Assembly (NCBI GenBank): GCA_938042195.1
Contig: CALIRQ010000009.1
Coordinates: 72,262-136,261 of the forward strand
From: an uncultured archaeon
GTDB taxonomy: Archaea > Thermoproteota > Bathyarchaeia > 40CM-2-53-6 > CALIRQ01
Length of the DNA stretch: 64,000 bases
Direction of reading: 5' to 3'
The notes under the pieces are model-generated. The model saw only the letters and a program-made list of their open reading frames with translations. It made no database searches and was not told where the DNA came from. Positions 20,025 to 27,737 of this stretch are shown piece after piece. The position numbers and the translations under genes are program-made. The first letter of the stretch is position 1. Every line of letters starts with the position of its first letter.

Positions 20025-21119
20025 TCACGTTATAAAGTTCCTCAATCCTAGTTGGCGAGCGTATGCGACGACCTCTTGGAACTCCTCCCTCCTCAGCCTC
20101 CTCCCGAGCTCCTCTACCTCGTAATACCTCCATTCGGGCCTATATTGATCCATTATGTTCACCCTTGCCCAAGCCCCCAAGTTCTTCGCTATCCATTCCA
20201 AGATCGGCTTGGCGCAGCAATCTATATGGCTCGGCAGGACGAGGACCCTCACTATTATCTCGCCGTATTCCTTCGCGGCCAATAGGTTCCTGGTGGCGAC
20301 ATCCCAATAGGATGGCGCGGAGGAGATCCTCTCGGCGCATCCCCCTGGGCCGTATTTGAAGTCCAGCAGGTATACATCGGCGAAGTGGGCCAAAAGCTTG
20401 GCCGCCTCCTCGCTATAGTAGGAGTTGCTATTCCAAACGATCGGGACGTTCTCCCTTACGTATTTGAAGGTTTCCAGCCATTGGGGGAGCCACGGCGTGG
20501 GCTCCCCGCCAACAAGGTTGGCGTTCCTGCACCCCCTCGCCCTGAGCGCTTCCACCTCCTTCGCCAACGATCGAGGAGCATACGGCCTCCCGACCTCGTA
20601 CCATTGGGATATGGACCAATTTTGGCAATGGAGGCAGGCCATCGTGCAACCGTTCGTGAATATCGTCCCCGATGGCACGAGCTCGGGCTCCTCGCCCAAG
20701 TGCTCGAATATGGAGGAGACGTGGATCTCGGCCCCGCATCTGCAATACCCCAACTCCCCCTTGGCCCTATTCCTCCGGCAGCGCCTTTCGCAAAGCCTGC
20801 AGCTCTCCAAGATCCTTCGGGCCAAGCATAGCTTGAGGTCCAAAAGGGACCTCTCCGGGATGCCCGAGCCCACACCGAGGCCCTTCGCATCGAAGGCCCC
20901 CTCAAACTCCCTGAAGCTAGATATGGCCCTTTCGTGGAGCCCCCATAGCTCCTCCTCCACCGCCCCCTCTTGGAAATCCAGCGGGATTTGTTTGCAAATC
21001 ATGAACTTGGCCAGCTTCCTGCCCTCGAATACGTCGAAATAGCGGGATAGGCTAGACCTGCAGGCCTCATCCCGTAGGACCTCTATTGAGTCCGGCCTCA
21101 GGACCCCGAAGTAGGCCAA
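20025..21119 (-). CDS. Radical SAM protein, PflX family (pyruvate formate-lyase activating enzyme-related, COG1313)
   Basis: CTMACLHC (CxxxCxxC) plus the upstream Cys-rich CRLCERRCRRNRAKGELGYCRCG typical of PflX. Confidence 0.8.
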   Translation of the reverse strand: MAYFGVLRPDSIEVLRDEACRSSLSRYFDVFEGRKLAKFMICKQIPLDFQEGAVEEELWGLHERAISSFREFEGAFDAKGLGVGSGIPERSLLDLKLCLARRILESCRLCERRCRRNRAKGELGYCRCGAEIHVSSIFEHLGEEPELVPSGTIFTNGCTMACLHCQNWSISQWYEVGRPYAPRSLAKEVEALRARGCRNANLVGGEPTPWLPQWLETFKYVRENVPIVWNSNSYYSEEAAKLLAHFADVYLLDFKYGPGGCAERISSAPSYWDVATRNLLAAKEYGEIIVRVLVLPSHIDCCAKPILEWIAKNLGAWARVNIMDQYRPEWRYYEVEELGRRLRREEFQEVVAYARQLGLRNFIT

Positions 21120-21167
21120 TTCAGCCCCCGACTTCGGTATTGAAGCCGCGGCTTATGGGCTTTTCCC

Positions 21168-21704
21168 CTAGAGGTACGTGGAGCAAACCCCGCAGTACCA
21201 GCGCCCGGCCTTGGCCTCGTAGGTCAATGGGTTGCCGCAATTGGGGCAGGTCTGGATTGGAGGAGGCGTTGGGACGAGCAGGGCCGGGATGGCTATTGGC
21301 CCGTATTTAGCCGTGAGCTCCCCCGCTTTCGTGTAGGCCAAGAAGAAGAATATGGAGGCGAAGAGGGAGCCCGTCAAAAGGCTCACTATCGCCCAGAAGA
21401 GGCATGGCGTCTTGGCCGACTCGAATCTTCCCTCATCGATCTTCTTGAGGGTGGTTATGTAGACCAGCAGGAATATTATCAGCCCGAAGAGCGCCCAAGC
21501 CGTGATCCCGGCGGCTACGTAATAGACCGGGACCGTTATGATGGGCCACCACCATATGGTCATATCCGAGTAGAGGTAGGGCCAATAGGCCCACCAGAAC
21601 CATACGCATATGCCGAGGGATATAAGGAACCCGAAGAGGTAGGAGAGTACCCCGAGCGCGGCGTAAACATGCGCGGACCAGATATCGGCCGGCCTTTGGG
21701 ACAT
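21168..21704 (-). CDS. Membrane protein with C-terminal zinc ribbon
   Basis: 178 aa with four or five Trp-rich TM helices and a C-terminal CPNCGNPL...CGVC. Confidence 0.5.
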   Translation of the reverse strand: MSQRPADIWSAHVYAALGVLSYLFGFLISLGICVWFWWAYWPYLYSDMTIWWWPIITVPVYYVAAGITAWALFGLIIFLLVYITTLKKIDEGRFESAKTPCLFWAIVSLLTGSLFASIFFFLAYTKAGELTAKYGPIAIPALLVPTPPPIQTCPNCGNPLTYEAKAGRWYCGVCSTYL

Positions 21705-22201
21705 CGCGCGGCAGCCTCTTGAATCGGAATCGCGGTTTTTAGGGGCTCTATTGGATAGATAACATTTTGCATTCGCTAACCCATCATTTTAATAAAATTT
21801 ATAAATATCTATTATAAATTTTCCCATAAAATTTTTCATCTATGGTCTATAGGATGCCAATAGGCTGCGCGCATATTCCCAATGTTTCAAAATTCACCGG
21901 CGGAGGAGGTCGATCTTATCAACATCGCGCTGTTTTTCGAATAAATTTTATATACGGCTTCTCTCCCGCAAAAGATGCGCGGAGGTTGGGCGATGCGCAG
22001 GGAGTTCCGAGGGGATTCAGTTTATACGGGTCGCTCCCATAGCGGTAGCGCGCATCGAAACTCCTGAGCCCGCACCACGAAATCTTCTGGAAACCTTTCT
22101 GGAAGCTTCGAATGGATCTAGATACAACATATTCCGCCATTCTCTCGGAATGCACCCCGCGAGACAACCTCCGAGCCTGAAAACGACTAGTTGGAGGTGA
22201 C

Positions 22202-23899
22202 ATGTTTGGAAAGGGTTTTAGGCCTGCCGTTGATAACGGCCTTAGTGGTTTTTGGGATGCCCGCACTGATAACCTTGGCCCTGATCGCTTGGGCCCTTTG
22301 GTTCAAGGGGGAGGCGGAGCGCAGATGAGCATGGCGATGGCCGAGATAGTGCTGCTCTCGATAGCGATATACTTAGCCATAATAATGGCCATGGGGTTGG
22401 CCTTCTCCAAAAGGGTCAAGACGGCCTTGGATTTCGCAACCGCCGGAGGGGGGTTGGGCTTCTGGCTTTATACATTATTGATGGCGGGCTCCCTCATGAG
22501 CGGGATGACGGCGATGGGCGTCGCTGGGCTGGGGTTCCAAGCAGCTTATCAGACTTGGTGGGAGCAGCTGGCGGTCCCGCTCTCCATAGCGATATGCACG
22601 GCCATATACGGGCCCAAGCTGAACGCCATTGGAAGGAGGCTTGGTTTCGCAACCGTACAGGATTATTTGGCCTTCAGGTATTATGACATGAAGCTGGTTA
22701 GGGGGATATCGGGCCTGATATCAATATTCGTCTCCGCAGTATACTTGATAGGGCAGTATGTCGCCATAGGCATAGTATTAAAAGTGCTTATGGATTGGGA
22801 ATATTGGCAAGGGCTGCTCCTCACCGGGGCCATAGTGATACTATACGTCATGGCGGGCGGGTTGTTCGCGGTTGCTTGGACGACGCTCTTCCAGGGCCTC
22901 ATATTGGTGATCGGAGTGGTCCTAATGGTACCCCTCGTACTGGGCTCCGTCGGTGGCTTCGCCTCCATGAACGAGGCCCTTAGCGCCGCCAAGCCCGTAG
23001 GGCCCTTCAAACCCCCCGGGCTAGACATGCCATTTGGGGGGTTCGAGTTCCTCACGACCCCCCTCTACAACCTTACGCTCTTCGGGCTATCGGTCTTCCT
23101 CGGGCTCAGCGTCGCGCCCCATATAATAAACAACGTATTCGCCTTCAAGGATGTTAAATGCATAAAGTGGGGGCCCCTCGCGGGATTCTTAATCGGCGCC
23201 ATAGTGCTCGCCTCGACGAAAATAATTGGGATAGCCGGCAGGGTGGCTTGGAGCAAGGGGCTAATCGATATACCGAGCCATCCGGTGGTCCCCGGGGCGA
23301 AGTGGTCCGATATGGTGCTCCCGGCGATGATCAAGTTTGCCGTACCGCCGGTGCTCTGGGGGCTGTTCGCAGTGGTCATATTGGCCGCGGTGATGTCCAC
23401 TACGGATAGGCTTCTATTGACCATAGGGACCAACTTCTCTTGGGACATATACCGGAACTTGATCAACCCAAGGGCCAGCGATAGGAGGATCATGTCCATA
23501 GGCAGAGCGGCCGTGGCGATCGTGGGCTGCCTGACAATATTGGCGGCGCTATCCCCTCCCGCGTTGATCGCTTGGCTCATATGGGCGGCGCTGGGCATGA
23601 TGTTCTCCACGTGGTTCGTGGTGCTCGTGGGGGGCCTATTCTGGAGAAGGGCGACCAGGGAGGGCTGCATTGGGGGGATGCTATCCGGGTTCTTGGCCAC
23701 GGTCGTCGCCGGCATAATAGACGGGGGCGGGATATGGCCTCCCCCGCTTGGGTTCCGGTTCCCATTCTACTACGCGGTCCTAGGATTCATAACGAGCTCC
23801 TTGATCTTCGTGGCGATTAGCTTGGCGACCAAGAGGCCGCCGGAGAGGGTCATTGAGGATAGCCTGACCGGGCCGTTCCTGAGGTGGGCTGGTAAATAA
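22202..23899 (+). CDS. Sodium:solute symporter family (SSF) transporter
   Basis: 565 aa with about 13 TM helices and the SSF signature. GGAGGTGAC lies 4 nt upstream of the ATG. An alternative start at MSMAMAE (22322) is possible. Confidence 0.85.
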   Translation: MFGKGFRPAVDNGLSGFWDARTDNLGPDRLGPLVQGGGGAQMSMAMAEIVLLSIAIYLAIIMAMGLAFSKRVKTALDFATAGGGLGFWLYTLLMAGSLMSGMTAMGVAGLGFQAAYQTWWEQLAVPLSIAICTAIYGPKLNAIGRRLGFATVQDYLAFRYYDMKLVRGISGLISIFVSAVYLIGQYVAIGIVLKVLMDWEYWQGLLLTGAIVILYVMAGGLFAVAWTTLFQGLILVIGVVLMVPLVLGSVGGFASMNEALSAAKPVGPFKPPGLDMPFGGFEFLTTPLYNLTLFGLSVFLGLSVAPHIINNVFAFKDVKCIKWGPLAGFLIGAIVLASTKIIGIAGRVAWSKGLIDIPSHPVVPGAKWSDMVLPAMIKFAVPPVLWGLFAVVILAAVMSTTDRLLLTIGTNFSWDIYRNLINPRASDRRIMSIGRAAVAIVGCLTILAALSPPALIAWLIWAALGMMFSTWFVVLVGGLFWRRATREGCIGGMLSGFLATVVAGIIDGGGIWPPPLGFRFPFYYAVLGFITSSLIFVAISLATKRPPERVIEDSLTGPFLRWAGK

Positions 23900-25236
23900 T
23901 GGGGCGGGCGAAGGGCGCTTTAAAGAACGCATTCTGGGAGCCGGAGGCCGAGAGGCTGAGCCCGAAGCGGATAAAGGAGGTTCAGAACGAGAGGCTGAGG
24001 GGGCTCGTGAGGAGGGTTTACGAGGGGAGCGCCTTCTACAGGAAGCTTTTGAGGGAGAGGGGCATAGGGCCCGATTCCATAAGATCCATTGAGGACCTAG
24101 AGAAGCTCCCCTTTACAACCAAGGAGGACCTAAGGGATAATTACCCCTTTGGCCTTCTGGCGGTTCCATTCTCGAAGGTCGTTAGGATCCATACGTCCTC
24201 CGGGACCACTGGGAACCCGACCGTTGTGGCCTATAGCAGGAGGGATTTGGAGATATGGGCGAATTGCATTGCGAGATGCCTCACGATGACCGGCGTAACC
24301 CCGGAAGACGTATTCCAAGTGATATTGGGATACGGCCTATTCACGGGGGGCCTCGGATTTCATTATGGTGCCGAGCTGATAGGCGCGAAGGTCCTGCCGT
24401 CGTCAACGGGCGGGACGAAGAGGCAGGTCAAGCTGATGAAGGACTTTGGGGTCACGGCCTTCACGAGTATACCGTCCTATGCGCTCTACTTAGGGGAGAC
24501 GGCCATCGAGATGGGCATCAATCCCCAAAAGGACCTGAGGGTCAAGACGATAAGCTGCGGCGCCGAGCCTTGGTCCGAGGGCACTAGGGATAAGCTCGAG
24601 GACCTATTCGGTTGCATGGTCTTCAACTCCTACGGGCTATCGGAGGTCGGCGGCCCGGGTGTGGCGTTCGAATGCATTGCCCAAGACGGGCTCCACGTTT
24701 GGTCGGATCACTTCCTCATAGAGGTCATCGATCCCAAGACGGGCGAGGCCCTCCCCCCCGGCGAAGAAGGAGAGCTGGTCATAACGACCCTATCCAGGGA
24801 GGCCATGCCGTTGATCAGATACAGGACCAGGGACATAGCGATGATCCTGGATGATGACGTATGCGAATGCGGCAGGGCCCATAGGAGGATCTCATGGATA
24901 AAGGGGCGGACCGACGATATGATAAAGATAAGGGGGGTCAACGTCTTCCCGAGCCAAATAGAACACGTTCTAATGAGGATGCCTGGTGTCGGGAACAATT
25001 ACCAGATAGTGGTTGAGAAAAAGGGCCACATGGACGAATTGAAGGTTAGGATCGAGGTCACGGGGGATATTTTCAAGGGCGAATTGAAGGATTTGGTCGA
25101 ACTCAGGGAGAGGATATCCTCGGAGCTCGAGAACGCCCTAGGACTCCGCTTGACGGTAGAGCTCGCGGAGCCGGGCTCTCTGCCTAGGGCCGAGGGGAAG
25201 GCGGTTAGGGTTCTGGATCGGAGGCCGGAGAGATGA
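23899..25236 (+). CDS. paaK: Phenylacetate-CoA ligase family (PaaK / coenzyme F390 synthetase-like)
   Basis: 445 aa with SSGTTGNPTV, YGLSE and the C-terminal GR..DMIKIRGVNVFP motif. Confidence 0.85.
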   Translation: MGRAKGALKNAFWEPEAERLSPKRIKEVQNERLRGLVRRVYEGSAFYRKLLRERGIGPDSIRSIEDLEKLPFTTKEDLRDNYPFGLLAVPFSKVVRIHTSSGTTGNPTVVAYSRRDLEIWANCIARCLTMTGVTPEDVFQVILGYGLFTGGLGFHYGAELIGAKVLPSSTGGTKRQVKLMKDFGVTAFTSIPSYALYLGETAIEMGINPQKDLRVKTISCGAEPWSEGTRDKLEDLFGCMVFNSYGLSEVGGPGVAFECIAQDGLHVWSDHFLIEVIDPKTGEALPPGEEGELVITTLSREAMPLIRYRTRDIAMILDDDVCECGRAHRRISWIKGRTDDMIKIRGVNVFPSQIEHVLMRMPGVGNNYQIVVEKKGHMDELKVRIEVTGDIFKGELKDLVELRERISSELENALGLRLTVELAEPGSLPRAEGKAVRVLDRRPER

Positions 25237-25652
25237 AGGTGAGGAAACAGATCTCCGTATTCGTCGAGAACAAACCCGGTAGGCTATCGAAGGTCCTGGA
25301 GGTTCTTAGGGATGGTGGAATAGGCGTAGAGGCCTTCATGATAGCGGATGCCGGCGAGTTCGGCATAATCCATTTGATCCTAAGCGATCCGGCTCGAGGA
25401 AAGGAGCGCCTAGTGGAGAGCTCCTTCGCGATTTCCGAGAGCGACGTCTTGGTCTTGGGATCGGTTGATCAGGATCTGCTCCTCGAGCTCTCGACCGAGC
25501 TCGGGAGGAGCGATATCAATATTCAATACGCCTACGGGTCCTTAGGCGAAAAAGATTTAATCGTCATGAAGCTCTCTGATCTGGAAAGGGGCGAGGAGAT
25601 CTTCAAGGGGATCCTTTCGTCTCGGAGGGCTCCCCCCGCATCCTCCGAATAG
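25233..25652 (+). CDS. ACT domain protein
   Basis: 139 aa with ISVFVENKPGRLSKVLEVL. Its start overlaps the paaK stop by 4 nt, the classic PaaK-ACT pairing. Confidence 0.75.
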   Translation: MKVRKQISVFVENKPGRLSKVLEVLRDGGIGVEAFMIADAGEFGIIHLILSDPARGKERLVESSFAISESDVLVLGSVDQDLLLELSTELGRSDINIQYAYGSLGEKDLIVMKLSDLERGEEIFKGILSSRRAPPASSE

Positions 25653-25917
25653 CCATCGCCACGCTCCTGAGGATCTCGGATCTCGGCCTCCCGTCCCTAT
25701 CCACCACGACGTATCCGCTCCCTTCCCACCAACTCCCGGGCCTGGAGGCGCGCTTCTTCGAATCCACCCTGAGCCCCAGCCGCGAGGAGGCCCTCTCGAC
25801 CTCCTCCAATGTCGGGGAATCGATGGCCAAGCCCCTCGGGATCTTCCTCCCCCCTCCCCTACTTTTAGATGAGTCGAGGTTCTCCAGCCAGATTACCATC
25901 TTCCCCGGTCTCTTCAT
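25603..25917 (-). CDS. srp19: Signal recognition particle protein SRP19
   Basis: MVIWLENLDSSKSRGGGRKIPRGLAIDSPTLEEV matches the archaeal SRP19 N-terminus (VIWP.Y.D...SR..GR). Confidence 0.8.
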   Translation of the reverse strand: MKRPGKMVIWLENLDSSKSRGGGRKIPRGLAIDSPTLEEVERASSRLGLRVDSKKRASRPGSWWEGSGYVVVDRDGRPRSEILRSVAMAIRRMRGEPSETKGSP

Positions 25918-25942
25918 GATCCAAGTCGATCCGGATGGGAGT

Positions 25943-26335
25943 TCATTCCAAACCCTTCAGAAGCACGGCGTTCAGGACCCCATCCTGACCGGGCCTCGAG
26001 GTCACCTTCGCCTTTCCCAAGGGCGTGGAGATTATCGCGCCCTTCGTTATTATCCCGCGGCGCTGATAATCCACATTGGCCGGGTTCTTCACCACGCCCT
26101 TCACCTCGACGACTTGGCATTTCCCGGTAGTGGTGTCCACGACGTTCGCGACATTCGCCGATAGAAGCTTGACCTTAAGGCCGCCGCCCCTCGTCCTCTT
26201 CTTCAAGGCCTTCCTCTCCCCGAGGCGGGTTTCGGACGGGGGTCCCCCCCTTTCGAAAGCCCTCTTTCCGCGGAACGGCTTCCTCTTCCCCCCGGTCCTC
26301 TTCCTCTTGTGAAGGTCGCCGTGCCACATCGACAT
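25943..26335 (-). CDS. rps8e: 30S ribosomal protein S8e
   Basis: 130 aa and basic, with MSMWHGDLHKRKRTGGKRKPFRGKR matching the S8e N-terminus. Confidence 0.9.
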   Translation of the reverse strand: MSMWHGDLHKRKRTGGKRKPFRGKRAFERGGPPSETRLGERKALKKRTRGGGLKVKLLSANVANVVDTTTGKCQVVEVKGVVKNPANVDYQRRGIITKGAIISTPLGKAKVTSRPGQDGVLNAVLLKGLE

Positions 26336-26930
26336 ATGGAAGCCCCAATCCCGGGGTTCGCGAGGGGGGATTTAAGACTTTTTCTTTAACGCCCTGGATT
26401 CCCTGGGCCTTCTCCCCCAATAGGGCCCTTAGTTGCCTTTTAAGCGTCGGGAGATCATAGCTCAGGTTGAACATATCCGAGAACATCCTGGTCGTCCTCA
26501 GGATCTTGGTCCGCCCCATCCTCTCCTCCTCCACAAGCTCCATCTCCTTCAACTTCCTGACGTGCCGATACGCGAGCTTCCCCCTCACCTTGACCAGATA
26601 GGCCTGCGTGATCGGTTGCCTAATGGCTATGAGGGAGAGCGACCTCAGAGGCCCCAAGGTCAAAAGCCTTTTGTTCGAGAACTTCTTCACGTGTTCCACG
26701 TACTCGGGCCGCAACTGCATCGCATATCTATCGTTGGGTAGCCTTAAGATCTGGATGGGGCTCCCCGAGCCATCGTATCTCTCCGCCAACCTCTCGACGA
26801 GCCCCTTCACCTCCCCCTCTGGCCTCTCAACCAGCTTGGAAAGGGCGCTTATCTCCAAGGGGCGGCCGCTCACGTAAAGGGCGGCTTCGATCAGGGCCAT
26901 GGGGTCCTTGGGATCTGAACGGCCCTTCAA
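26175..26930 (-). CDS. scpB: Segregation and condensation protein B (ScpB)
   Basis: Tandem winged-helix ScpB signature (LIEAALYVSGRPLEISAL..., LSLIAIRQPITQAYL). The C-terminal 50 aa are low-complexity and overlap rps8e by 160 nt. Confidence 0.8.
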   Translation of the reverse strand: MKGRSDPKDPMALIEAALYVSGRPLEISALSKLVERPEGEVKGLVERLAERYDGSGSPIQILRLPNDRYAMQLRPEYVEHVKKFSNKRLLTLGPLRSLSLIAIRQPITQAYLVKVRGKLAYRHVRKLKEMELVEEERMGRTKILRTTRMFSDMFNLSYDLPTLKRQLRALLGEKAQGIQGVKEKVLNPPSRTPGLGLPYVDVARRPSQEEEDRGEEEAVPRKEGFRKGGTPVRNPPRGEEGLEEEDEGRRP

Positions 26931-27598
26931 CCGGCTTCGATCCTCGGGATTATTCTTATATCCCCGATGCCATCCTCCTGGAATAGCTCGACCCTTCCCT
27001 CGTTGGCCAAGAATAGCAACATTACGAACCTCCTTATGGCTTCCAATGCCCTGAGCCCGCTGATCAACCTCAAGAAAGATATGCTCTCCCCCAGCTCCCC
27101 GTATAGCGCTACGAGCAAATCGTAAAACTCGGATATCTTGCTCTCTATATCGACCAAGAACTCATCTATCGGGGGCGGGCTGGCCTGCGGAAGGCTCGGG
27201 CCCCTCCTCGAGGATAACAACAAGGACTCGTCCAGGAGCGCATCCCTCAGGGACCTCAGGATGTCCTCCATCGGGATCGTGGCGTACTCGAACTTGAGGG
27301 GCAATGGGAGGGGGGGCGGTAGCGGGATCCGCTCCACCTCGGGCCCGGGCTGGGGGGGAGGCCTTGGGGGCTCCTCCATCTTCAGGACGATCTCGGATTT
27401 CATCCTATGGATTATCGAGGAGGAGAGGAGGGCTATGGCGGATGCGTAGAAGTCTATCGACCCGCGGTTCCTCATCTCATCCAAGAAGGAGTCCAGAAGC
27501 TCGGCTATCTTGACGTCCCAAGGCCTGAGCCTATGGAGGCGGGCCAAGTCGAAGAGCAGGGCATAGGGAGGATTCAACCAGAACGGCTTGCCCGACAT
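26927..27598 (-). CDS. scpA: Segregation and condensation protein A (ScpA, kleisin)
   Basis: 223 aa. It is translationally coupled between smc and scpB, with an N-terminal ScpA motif and a Pro-rich linker. Confidence 0.8.
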   Translation of the reverse strand: MSGKPFWLNPPYALLFDLARLHRLRPWDVKIAELLDSFLDEMRNRGSIDFYASAIALLSSSIIHRMKSEIVLKMEEPPRPPPQPGPEVERIPLPPPLPLPLKFEYATIPMEDILRSLRDALLDESLLLSSRRGPSLPQASPPPIDEFLVDIESKISEFYDLLVALYGELGESISFLRLISGLRALEAIRRFVMLLFLANEGRVELFQEDGIGDIRIIPRIEAG

Positions 27599-27737
27599 TC
27601 ATCCCCACCCGCCCGCGATTGGCCCAAGCGATGTCCCCTTTCGTCCGGGGTCCAGTATTTCAGCCTTTCCAAGGCCATGGAGGGATGGGTTGGGAAATTC
27701 TCCCCTCGGCCTTCGCCGGTTCGACCATGGGGCGGGC

